Below, piece by piece: positions 1 to 11,465 of a DNA stretch of 64,000 nt. The first letter of the stretch is position 1; each line of letters starts with the position of its first letter. Under the pieces are notes generated by a model. That model worked only from the letters and a program-made list of their open reading frames with translations, was not told the origin of the DNA and did no database searches. The position numbers and the translations under genes are program-made. The stretch is from Balanoglossus misakiensis (Eukaryota; Animalia; Hemichordata). The stretch is taken from assembly GCA_040954595.2 (NCBI GenBank), contig CM082582.2:13698054-13762053 (forward strand), read 5' to 3'.

Positions 1-1669
1 ATGACAAAGATGTTTTGTATGGGAGCACCAAAAAATGTACCTTGCATAAATGTTCTTGCTGCTATATGCACCTCCAGTCTCATCAAATTACATATACAAT
101 TACATGTGGAATAGTATTAACTAGACACTTTTGAACGTTTCTATCTTAATAATACATGAACACAGGCATGAACCAATTCTGAATACTTTCTCTGTATTGA
201 ATGTTAGGTTCAACCCAGCTATATGTATATGCCTGTCAATTAAGATTTGCTATCTTGATGGAAGAAATGTCAGCTCTAACTTTTTCTTATCAAAACTTGA
301 CTCAAGAGGACCTTGTTGTTTTATTAATCCATGGAAGGTATCACGAGAGTCCAGAATAAAAAAAAACTCTGAACCAGTCTACACTGAGTAATATCGCATC
401 CCATTTGTTTGGATTGCACAAAGCACAGGTCTAGGGTCAACTGATTCATGTCAGCTGCAACTTTTTTCCTTTTAAAACCTGGCATTGGAGATTTGTCATT
501 TTCCTCTTCAGTCACTGAAAGGATTGAATCTGAGTGCCGGGATGCAAAACTTGTCTGCAGTTATCTCATCCTGTCTGCTTGCAGTACACAAAGTATGAGG
601 GTCAAAATGTCGCCTGATTAAAGCTGTACCCTGCTTGCCATAAACAAACAAAGAGAACTCATTAAGTAGCTCCCACAAGCTTGTTGAGGTCAAGCTGGGG
701 TCGCGTGCTTAGATCTCCACAACGTACATGTTGAGACTGAGCGTATTGAGCACAGTTTCCAGCCCACACAAATAGAATGCGATATTAACCAAATGATGTC
801 TCTTTGCAAAAAAAAAATTCAAAAGTTTTGTTTGTTTCTTCATTTGTCAATACTTTGAGAGCGTCTTAGGTTTCATCCCCTGGGTTGAAATAATCTCTGT
901 GGCTTTCAATGAATGGAGTAGAGAAAGAATGATCTGAGACAGTTCCTTTAAAAAAAATGTCTGTATCACAGCTGAGGTATGGGGCCGGATCTATCTTCTC
1001 TTTTGTGAAAGTGAGCTGAGGCTAAGGCAATGATCTGAGCATTGCAAGATGTTTAAACACTGAAGTGAAACACTGTCATCCTTCAACAGGTGGTGGTGTT
1101 GACATACTCGTCAGTAACATAGAAATGTAAAAATAGGGTACAAGTCTGTTATAAGCATTCGTACTCAAATATTGGTTCCCCTGCTACCTTTGCATCAATG
1201 TGTCCACTGGGCCCAACCAGAAGAATAGGCCTTGCCATGACAAGATGGCCAGTCAACCAGATGAGTAAACTACGTATAGGCCTCTGCATCACTTGCAAAC
1301 AACAGTCCCTGTGCAATTTACATGTGCATTGATGAAACCTGTCTAGAAAGGCCAGTTTGATTAAAGTCCCTTGACTGGCCACTATAGACAGGTATGACTA
1401 CTTTTATCTCTAAGATACAATTACAACTATATGTTTTTACCTTGGCTCCCATATGTGCAATCAAATTTTATGATATTTTGTTTACCTAGTTTATGAAAGG
1501 CCATATTTTTTTTCAAATGCTTCAGTCACTACTGAAATGCTGGTCAGTCTACAGTATGGTCTGAACATTATATTGGTCTACAAAACATGGTATGAAAAAA
1601 ATACTGTTTGAAAGGAGACAGTAAAACCCACAAGTACCCATGTACACTGTATCAAATATTGATATACTA

Positions 1670-1924
1670 TTAATCAATGCCTTCAGTTGGCCAATTTAGC
1701 TGTCTAACAAGGCCACCCTTTGGTTTTGCATAACGTCCATATTTTTCCAGCCTGCAGTCATATTTTGTGGACCTCCAACCAACAAATCCTGCAGTAGTTT
1801 CAGGTACAGGAGGTGATCTGCCAACTTGGATGTATCTTGATATTGGTGTGATCGGAGGAAGTGTTAATGGTGGTGGCAGGATCAGCTTCTCCCGTTCAAC
1901 CTTTGGAAAGTCATCTTTCACCAG
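1670..1924 (-). CDS. CIMIP1: CIMIP1/C20orf85-like, last coding exon (LVKDDFPK...SPPVPETTAGFVGWRS...LNWPTEGID*)
   Basis: Acceptor TTTCTTTCAG|CTG in phase 0, within ORF 1670..1945. SPPVPETTAGFVGWRS matches recalled human SPPVPQTTQGFIGWRS, and the C-terminal LxWPxxG is conserved. Total protein 133 aa. Confidence 0.92.
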   Translation of the reverse strand: MVKDDFPKVEREKLILPPPLTLPPITPISRYIQVGRSPPVPETTAGFVGWRSTKYDCRLEKYGRYAKPKGGLVRQLNWPTEGID

Positions 1925-4792
1925 CTGAAAGAAACAAATCACCATTTCTATTATTTGATTTTCATGCAGATTCTGCTCAATCAGGAATTCTGTTATTGAT
2001 CCACATTAATTTCTCAAGAGAAAATCCCCTGGTGGTAAAAACCAATGATGCAAAACAATGATGAAAATATTTTAAAATACTTTGATGGTTAACAGTCATA
2101 ACTGAATATTTTAGTTCAAAATTATTAATCAGAGACAGTCGCAAACTAAAAAAAAAGAGAGTAAAATTTAAAATTAAGGTGTAACCAATTAGCCCACCAA
2201 TTCTGGCATTTGGAAGATTTCCCTCGTTCGTTATACGTCACAATCTTTTACAAGCAAAAGCTCTGCATTCTGTAGTACACAGACAGGTAATTACAGGCAG
2301 ACACCTGTGTTTGCAGATTTAAAAAAATAACTACAGCTCCAGGTGAACAAACCATTGAAATTCCACAGACTCAGCTCTGCTCTCCTAATTTCACAAAGCC
2401 ACACCGCCAAAGACAGAAATAAGCTATCAAAAAAAGCCAAATGACACAAAAGTGTGATTGGTTGTAATAGGCAAAATTCTTTGTGCACTACTACAAAAAA
2501 TGGTGCCGCTATAAGAATTCACTGCTTATAATCATACTGACTGCAAGGCATTCCATTTATTGAGGTATTGACTGAATTTTCTATTCTCTCCTTACAACAC
2601 AAAATTCGTTTTGAGGGTTTAAAAAATGACGAAATCAAAGAGTTTCCGACATGTGATTTTCCATCTTTCATGTATGTCTCTTTGAAAGGTAATGAAAGAC
2701 ATCAATGTGTTTATCATTTCAATGTAGGACTTTTTAATGACAAATGGCTTCAAATGACATCACTGATGATTAACCTTATAGCTATTTCATGATTTTCTCA
2801 TTTTTCTTGCTTATTTACAATTTGCAAGATGACAGGCACAATATGAAGAGTTTATAATACCTTCCACATAATTTCTCTCACAAACGACAGAGAGATTTTG
2901 ATTGCTTAAGTGGCTTTTAGTCCAATTCTAATTTATGCCTAATAAGGTGTCATTTTTCACTCTAATTGCTGGAAATTTTGAATCTGATATCAAAAATCAG
3001 GCACCATGATGAGAAACCCTTTTCTGTAAAATGTACAGTGAGCACCAAAACTAGTACACCATCCAAGTGTGTCTGTGAATTGCTTTAGACTTGCCTTAGC
3101 CTTAAACACTACATGTATGTCCATGTTAATTATGGTGACTTCTAGAAGAACAAGACCTCTCAATACCAGACACCAAAGGACATTGTTCAGTTTATAGCTT
3201 TATTTTCAGGCGTTTTGATATGCATGTAAAACAACATTAAAGTGTTTGCAATATTCATAGACTTACTTTAAATTCAATATTCAGAGGGGAATATTCTGTG
3301 TTAGATAGAAGATGTACCATTACAATGACTTGTAATATAATTTCATGTTTGATCCTCTCTAGCCATCTTGTTCTTGGTATTAAATACTCAACTGAAACTA
3401 ACTGTTGTTAGTTACTGCACCAGGGATACATTTCCATTTATAACAAGCCATCTATAATGTTACAGTGTAGCAGAGTAGAAAATAACCATCAATACTGTTA
3501 CAGTGTAGCAGAACTGCACAATGTAACAAGTACAATGTACCTACATGATGACAACATGCCCCATTGATGTGTCACACAAATTCAGTTTGCTACTGCTTTA
3601 TTGGCCACTGGTAAAGGAGGAACCATTATAAAACTTATCAGACTGGTTTCCGCGTTAATTTATTGTTAAAATGGGTAAATGTGACTTGTTATGGCTTGTG
3701 CCATGTAACCACTTTTGCCGTGTGTTATTTCAAAAGAATGAGTTTTTCCCTAGGTTTGTTCTTTCTATAATGATTTTTTAATAATTGATTAACTCTACCT
3801 ACAGGCAGTATCCCATCTGTAACATCTGTCAAGGCATATCAGTTTTCACTATGATGAAAGAATGACTTGATCTGCGTCATTGAGGGACATACTAAGATCT
3901 CACTGAATTGTTAAACATTTATTTCATCTTAAGATGGCTTCAACGTTTCTGAATAATTCATACTCTTCTGGTGTTTTCATCTATTTCACCTTATCAGCTC
4001 AGAATTCAGGCATTTTGCAAACTGACAAAGCTAAAGGAATTCAGTTGTGTTATTTCATTTATATACTCAGAATATCCTAAAGATAAAAGAAGATTAATAT
4101 TGATGGTAACAGGTGTGTATATTATGTATATCTGCAGATACACAGGAGTGGATTAATTGTGTGGGATTAACTTGTATAAGTGTTGGATTTTTTTTCTAGT
4201 ACAAGGACTTTACAGCATCATTCCTCAACTACAGGATTAAACCTTCCCCTTTGCTATAGTTTATTAAAAGCTCTGATTTGCAATTTGATCCGCTGTTTAT
4301 TGGTTACGCAGCTTTGTTTGTGACAAGATTTTATTTGCCCCCCCCCCCCCGATGTACGATGTACGTATGATACATTCTGACCAACGCATAATGACGTATA
4401 TTAAACGTGACTTTACCCCATTTGCGATTTCATAACGAAGTACTATGTGGCAATGTATTTCGCCACAATAATTTTAGCTGTACCATGGAGGTTTAGCTTC
4501 ATATCTCTCTTTATTTAATCTGTGGACACGCTTTTTCATAAAGTAGGGGCCTAAAAGTTAGTTTTCTTTTGCGCAAAATTCCATAAAGGCGACGACAAAC
4601 ACAGTCCTTGTGCTTCATTGCCATTGGAATGCTGTCGTCAGTAATGAATTGGCTGAGATGTACAAAGCCAATGCACTGGCAACAGGTCAATCAAACCGTT
4701 TTACCCGTTGCCTACACAAACATCTTGTGCCGACATATTTATCCCAAAGGGACACTACAAACGTCAGGTGAAATTAACAACATGAAACTCAC

Positions 4793-4874
4793 ATCTTTAT
4801 AACTTGTTTTAAGAAATCCCCACTGTTCTGGCCATGTCTTGGCGGCGTCTTCTTCGTATTTAATATGATCCTTC
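4793..4874 (-). CDS. CIMIP1: CIMIP1/C20orf85-like, coding exon 2 (KDHIKYEEDAAKTWPEQWGFLKTSYKD)
   Basis: Acceptor TTTAG|G and donor GAT|GTGAG; 82 nt, with phase compatible with exons 1 and 3. WPEQWGFL matches the recalled family motif WPQNWGFL. Confidence 0.9.
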
Positions 4875-4985
4875 CTAAAGACGGTGAGAAAATGTAAGAC
4901 AGAGAGGTACAATTATGTGTTATTCATGATACAGTGTAACAAACAACATAGGGTCGGATCGTACGCAATTAAGTCAGAAACCTAC

Positions 4986-5050
4986 CAAATTTGATCCTGG
5001 GCGACAAAGTTGAATCCTGCGAGTGCTTTTCCTCCGGCCTTGTCAGCCAT
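4986..5050 (-). CDS. CIMIP1: CIMIP1/C20orf85 (ciliary microtubule inner protein 1)-like, coding exon 1 (MADKAGGKALAGFNFVAQDQI-W)
   Basis: ATG at 5050-5048, 65 nt, phase-2 donor TG|GTAGG. NFVAQDQIW matches the recalled C20orf85 N-terminal motif NLVGQDEIW. Confidence 0.9.
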
Positions 5051-5154
5051 TTTTACCGCCAGGCGTATATTATCGTCGAGATTTTGGCCGTTTTCTGGCG
5101 ACAAATTTATTTAGAAAATCCCTCTGTGGATTTGCTACACGGATACCCACGTAT

Positions 5155-5193
5155 GTAAATAGTGTAGGTGGTACAACATGCAGCCATAGCAAC
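5155..5193 (-). promoter_or_regulatory. Motile-cilia-type promoter elements of CIMIP1: forkhead site GTAAATA (5155-5161) and RFX X-box-like GTTGCTATGGCTGC (reverse of 5180-5193)
   Basis: Both motifs lie 105-145 bp upstream of the ATG of a ciliary gene. FoxJ1 plus RFX co-regulation of motile-cilia genes is established. Confidence 0.55.
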
Positions 5194-5809
5194 AAGACGC
5201 CCTCGGGGTGATATTAAGGCCATGCCACGCATAACAATTCAATTGTTTAATTGGACGATTCTATTTCTAGGGTGGGTGAGGGGCAGGTCTAGTGATCGCA
5301 GAACTGCAGTAGTAGTTCAAGCAAAAGCGCAAAGATCCTTCAAATTGAGAAATCTTTCGAAGCCAAAAGTTTAAGGAGCACGGAGGAGAATCTGCGGTGA
5401 CATCAAGCAGACACAGTATAACACATTTGTCAAAGATAAACCAAAATTTCTAGACTACGTTTTCTCGGCGACATGTTACTGTATAACAATTCGTAATGTA
5501 GGCCTACATGTACATGGCTTGTGTTTGTTTCATCGGACCAATACAAAAGTTTATCCGAATATAATCAATCTCTTTCAGCGTAACTACATAGGTAACAAGC
5601 GACTGTGATAGTGAATTATAAGGCTATTAAACATTTTCAATAAAATCATGGGAAAGTTATTTTGTGCCTTTTATTCATGTTAACTGGGCATTAGTGATAG
5701 ATCTAGATACAAAACCAAGGAACATTAAATATACATATCGAATTGAAATGATGGGAATAAAATACAGTTCTGTCGAAAATAAGTAGGCACATGTAAGCTT
5801 AGGTCTTCA

Positions 5810-5895
5810 TAGCTGCAGTTCAGTAGCTCGAAGTTTTGAAAACTGGTTTTGCCGTACAAAACAAGGCAAAACTTCGAGCTACTGAACTGCAGCTA
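5810..5895. repeat. Perfect 29-bp inverted repeat with 28-bp spacer (hairpin; possible TA-flanked MITE)
   Basis: TAGCTGCAGTTCAGTAGCTCGAAGTTTTG (5810-5838) is the exact reverse complement of 5867-5895. Confidence 0.95.
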
Positions 5896-6600
5896 AGGCC
5901 TTGAATTGACTGATATTTCTCTGGTCAGCTACAGTGAATGTAGAATTGTCTACCGAGAAATTAAAGCATTTTTTCGGTCTTTATATTGGACAAACAGGCA
6001 TCAGAGATGTTGTCTTAAACGTCACTGGACGCTTGGTTCTAGCTGGACGGAGTACCAGTCTTGTATATTAGCATATATATCATAACAATAACATTATATA
6101 TAGACCTACTCCGAAGAAATTTGAATAGACCTAGTATTCCAAGAATGATTTGATAAAATTTATGCTATGTGCTGTGCTGCCATTGAACAATGGTTCCGAC
6201 TTACAAATTATCTTCAATATATTCACGCATTGCCATCTTTAAGATATTAACAACAGTTACGTATGTCTACTCTATAGCCAAGAGAGTATTCCTTGGACAA
6301 GAAAGTTCTCAACCTCAAGCGGCCCATTTCTCGAGCAATTAGCAATCGGAAATCTCCGGATATCTTCGGATACTGGGCGACCATGCGCAAAGTAAATTGC
6401 ATCCAGTGTATCAACATGGCGGTACAACTTCTTAAATGTTGGACGACGCCGATAGTGTAGGGCACATAGGAGTGATTTGAGTCTAATTTACATGTTCTTC
6501 TTCCAAGAGATGGAACTTTTCTCTGACTCCATTTTATGCATTGGACTAATGGGTAGGTGTCAATGTTTTTCGCACGTTTTCTGCTATTTCCGGTGTTTTA

Positions 6601-6688
6601 ATGGGACTTCCGGGTTGCACTAAACCTTGTTCTTATATTTTTTTTCTCGGTGCAGTTATTTCGCTGTTGAACATAAGTGACGCTGAAG
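6601..6688 (+). CDS. PMEPA1/LDLRAD4-family gene, putative exon 1 encoding a signal peptide (MGLPGCTKPCSYIFFLGAVISLLNISDAE)
   Basis: ATG at 6601, hydrophobic core IFFLGAVISLL followed by S-D-A cleavage-like site. Phase-1 donor AAG|GTAGGT matches the phase-1 acceptor of the CUB exon. CpG-rich promoter-like surroundings. The link across 36.6 kb is inferred. Confidence 0.65.
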
Positions 6689-7012
6689 GTAGGTCAGAAG
6701 CATTAATTTTGTATCATTTATCTATATTTTTTACTTTCTTTGACGTCCCCTGACGCATATTTTTGACCTCGACAAGTGTCTCGCACATCTCGTATACCCG
6801 CAGCAGCATTAAGCGTTTCGCTTTAATGTTGCCCTGTCGCGGAATTATGTCAAATGTTGAGATATGAATTTTCCATTTATGTGAAAATGATTGTGTATTT
6901 CCATTTAACTTGCAGTTACTTTTAATATCATACTGTGTTCTAACAGTATGATAATCACCAAAAAAGAATTTTCCTAATGATTTGCGCATTATTTTTAAGT
7001 TTTTACGCACAT

Positions 7013-7333
7013 GTCTGCCCCAGACGTGACCCAGACACAGGCATAAAAGGACTACGGATTTTTGCGATGGGGGTTTCAGCTCTATTAGTGCTACAAATCG
7101 CTTGCGACCGTGACATTTACTTTAATTTATTTCTAATCACCTTTGAAATTAACCAAATTTGTAACTAACTGTCGTGTTTAACTGATTTCCGTACGCGTTT
7201 GTCGATTTCTCGTGTTGCGTCACTGGGTGCGGGCAGCGCAGGCAGAAGTCATTCAGACATATCCACATGCAGACGTCTGGCGCGTTACTCTGTCTAGACA
7301 CTCCCACACACGTACACAGGTAGTCCGTCAGAC
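7013..7333. promoter_or_regulatory. Dense Smad-binding-element cluster at the start of intron 1
   Basis: GTCTG 7013, CAGAC 7021, 7032 and 7254, CAGACGTCTG 7270-7279, GGCGC 7279-7283, palindromic GTCTAGAC 7292-7299, CAGAC 7329. Confidence 0.55.
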
Positions 7334-8601
7334 AGATAAACAAACAAAAATAAACGCATTCTTCTCAGAATTTTAACGCGTGCTTGTATTTTCTTATGTT
7401 TTCAACTTTCAATGGTACGTTTTTGACGTGTCGTAGTTTGTTTTATTGTAATATTTGTGAAAAATTCGCTGCAGTGCGTGCAACCATTTACTACGCTGAT
7501 TAATCCCGCGGCTGCGCGCAGTGATGTTGGTTTCACAATCACCGCTGTCATTTGTACTTATCAATGTCCAGGTTGGGCTAGTACCATTTCAAAAGAAAGC
7601 GACTACCATGTGCTAGTTTCAGAAGTCTTGTTTTTCGGTGATTTCGACCCATTTCAAGACACCGGCCTCTCTACTTGGCAAAGTGTCAAAAATGCAGCCC
7701 TGTTACATGTTTAGTGTTTGGTCGCGTGTTGACATTGTAGCTGTTGGCCTTGAGACAGAAGTATCGATCGAATTGTGACTGGGAGCGGAGGGTTTTAGAA
7801 AAAAGCTTCCCCTTTTTAAAACTTCTTCATGAAAAATAAAGTTTTATTGGGGAAAAGATTCATATTAAATATCTTAAAGATTATACCCTCAAAATTTGTG
7901 TTGAATGGGCCGGCTTTGTGGCTAAATTGTTGTGTTTACGGCATGGACTGGTATTACGTAAGGCAAAAACCCGCCACAATAGAAATTGCTAATGCTCTCC
8001 CCAAGGTCATACCAACATGTCAATTGGCACTTCTGGACATGAAGACAGCTACTGAGTCAAAAAGACAAATATTTGAATTCACTCTAAAAGAGACAGAGCA
8101 GAAAGTTTGCTTTTAAGTATAAAGTGTGATTGATAAATGCTGAGAGTACTTGCTGCATATGCAATTTTAATCTGTATCCAGACTAATTAATTAGGTTAAA
8201 AAAATGTGTCATCTGATCACAGAAGACTTACCTTTTGTTAGACAGTGAAGTAAATGGCAATGCACAGATAACCAGTGAACCAATTTTACAATTAGACTAT
8301 TTGCTAAATGGAAAGTGGTAGATCTGTTTCGTGGTGTAGTCGAGCAGTTTAGTGATGATGTATCTGTCAGCCCCCATATAGTGCATGGTGGCCTTTTCAA
8401 ATAAAATAATCTTGAAGTAAATAAAAACATTGAATAATTGAAACATCCTTAATTGCTGAAAATATTTAGTGAAACAAATGCTGATCTGCTTGGATTGAAA
8501 TGTCAGAGTATGCATGCAAAGTTTATCCTCCAAAAATGAGAGTTTATAGGAAATGGTTATGTTCACTTCTGTGAACATTTATCATAAGTCAGTTCCTAAA
8601 T

Positions 8602-8680
8602 AACCAACCAACTATCTAACCACGTTTACTCGACCGTGAACTAACTAACCAACCAACGAAACAACTAACCAACCATCCAA
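8602..8680 (+). repeat. Degenerate (AACC/AACT)n tetranucleotide simple repeat
   Basis: aaccaaccaactatctaacc...aactaactaaccaaccaacgaaacaactaaccaaccatcc. Confidence 0.6.
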
Positions 8681-11349
8681 ACAGAACAGGGGATGTTTGG
8701 CAGACGTCATGTGTTCATGTATGATTTGGTAGAACTTCAGCACTTTGTAGTCTGTCTACATTCACACCACTGATAATTTTTTTAGCCAGGTTCCTGCAAT
8801 CAGCAAGATCATGTGTGTGTTTTTACTACTTGTATCAGGACCCTGTTGAGTTTGTGAAGACAGCCAGACACTTAACAATGACATCGACAACAATACAGAA
8901 CAACAATGAATTGAACAATAGTTGTCGTATTCCAAATTCAAATGACTGGATTTTGTTTGGGGCTGTGGTAGTGTTAAAAGTGTTATAGCTTCTTTGTGAT
9001 TCTATGTTGACAGAACGTTTCTTTCTGAACCGAGGTCACTTCCTCGGGTATTACACATTCTTTTTGTCCAGATGTATCAGAGGAGAAAATTTGACTGCAG
9101 GACATGTCCCAAACTCTGAACATGCTCATGCATCTTGTTCTGAGGTGCAGGACATGTGCAGGTGTTCAGTTTTGGTGTTGTTATAGTTATTCCGAAGCAA
9201 ATAGGATACAGAATGATGCAAAATGTAAAATGAGGTGATATGGCTGATGTACAACATTAATATTAAATTTGCAATCCAAAATCAGTCATCAAAATCAATT
9301 TTATTGATAGATTTCTGTTCAATGCACTTTGGCATTTTACAGTACGAGTAGCAGTGAGGAGAGAGAAACATAATGAATATGAAAAGAATTTGGCTGTCTT
9401 TATGTTGGTTAGACTTATTATGTATTACTATAATGTGATCCAACACAAAGCTCTCCAAAGATGTCATCAACGCCCACAGGCAGTCTTCCTACTCCTCTGG
9501 CAACTATTGTTGTGTGGTCGCATGATCCATATCCCTGGTGTACGTTGGACGTGACAAACTGCTTGGATTTTCTACTGACCCCCACAGCTTCAAAATCTGA
9601 TTTGTCACATTTCAAACAACCTTATTCCTTCTCTAACAGTGTTGACGACATGCCTCACTGTTGTCAAAAGTTGTCTGTCTTCACAAACAGAGTACTAGCT
9701 GTGCAGGTTATATGAGTCATGATGTCACGTCAGACAGTTTTATTTTTTCACATTTCGTCAGTCGGATTTCTGTTTTTTCAGCAATATCCATAATGCCAGC
9801 AATAGCATCACAATCTTCTACAGGCATATTTTTTTCCAGTCAAACATACTGTAATATAATATTACATTCCTTCACAGACTATGAACAGGCAAGCCTTTTG
9901 ATGGGTTCTTTCTCGATCCCTGTTTTTCAGTCAAATGTACCAATTTGGCCAGCAGTGGCAAGCAGGCAGTTTGTGTGATGTAGAGCAAATACAAGCCACG
10001 GGGGAAAATGATGTGAAGGCCACCTAAACCTCTTTTGTAGAGGGGATCAAATCTGTAGCCATAATATTTTGTGGACCAATTGTTGATGCAGCCACAGAGA
10101 GTCATAAATTTTATGTGTCCAGGTCAGACTTTCCTTCCTTTTCAAGGTTAATTAACAATGTGATGTACTCGTCAGGACAATACTTCCCAGTTTCAAAAAT
10201 TTGTTTATGTTTTGTCTGGTATTAAAATTTTTGTCTAGCTGGCTATTCTTGAAAGGGCTTTCATGTCAAAATTCTTTGTAGTATAAATTATGGTCTTTGT
10301 GAAACTTATTGATCATTTTGTGATTTACTGAAACTACTCACACTATTTACACACTAGTTTGATTCAACGAAAAATGCTCCCCTTCTTAATCTAAAAATAT
10401 AATTTCTAAAGAAAGCAGTTCAATTGGAAAAAAAAAATATTGATATATGTGCAACTGACATTAATAATTTCTTGGTGCAAGGGTATAGTTTTAAATTTGA
10501 GTCTGGCATTCAATATCGGATGAGATTTCAAACGTCCAGAGGAAGTAATATGCTGAAGTTGTAAATTGTGTTGATAGTCTGATTTGGCAGTGTTTATGTG
10601 TATTTTGCCGCTGAGATGGAAAAGCTGGAGAAATTTGTCAGAATTCACAACAGTGAGTCATTACATTGCTGGTACATTTACACTTCGGTTCTTGGGATTG
10701 AAACTTCATTGCGGTTTTATTGACGGGCAATAATTTGCAATTTGTTTTAATAGACCTTTGGTCATTGAAGTGGATTCTTGACGGCCAGTTACTACAAAGG
10801 ACCATGCATTCATAAAGAAAGATGTGTAGTGCTTGGGGACCGTTTTAACTATTAACTTGCAGAGATCTGTCTGTGTTTCTTCAGGTGGAACAAAATTCCC
10901 AGCTCTTCATGGTCAAATAAATTGTGATGGCAGAAGTGTAGTGCCCCCAATCACAGAAAAATAATGTTTTAGTGCTCAAAATGAGTTTGCGGCATAAATA
11001 CATGGCCATAGAATGTTTGGACTCTATAGTTTGAACAAGATATGTATGTATGTGTGTCAAATCTAATGTTTGCTGCGCGTGCTTTTAGTTGAAATTGGTG
11101 AATTGAATGTTTATAACAAGTGTTGACCGTTCGGCTTTGGTAGACTTGATAGAAGATAGTCCTTGTGATTGCTCCAAAGTTTTATTTGTATTTGTTGGAG
11201 ACTCCTTACTCCATCTTTTTTCACGTGAAGTTTGCTGGTCATCAACTTTGCAGTTAAAAGCAAACAAGTTGACTGAGGACTGACTTTACACCCCTGGAAT
11301 ATATTTCCTGACCTGATCTAGGTCTACAAGTAATCTACAGTCTTTACCA

Positions 11350-11465
11350 TTAAGGTAGTATGCGGCTCAAAAATCTTTCTTAAACTTTTCCTCATATGCA
11401 CCTTTAGATTATTATCTCTTAAAATTACGAATAAAAAAACTGGGCGTCATGGCAAAATTGAATGA
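11350..11465 (+). mobile_element. 5' fragment of a dispersed TTAA-GGTAGTA repeat (non-autonomous DNA transposon, Kolobok-like)
   Basis: Aligns by eye to 18739-18865 (ttaaggtagta...ctcaaaaatc...cttaaacttttcctcatat...tttagattatt.tctcttaaaa...). Confidence 0.65.

Noticed and set aside
300-1120. Coding-looking minus-strand stretches (ORFs 324..515 and 508..693)
   Set aside because: Interrupted by stops in all frames, with no recognisable domain or coherent splice structure. A decayed relic cannot be excluded.
9418-9978. Overlapping short ORFs on both strands in intron 1
   Set aside because: No recognisable motif, frequent stops and no consistent exon boundaries.
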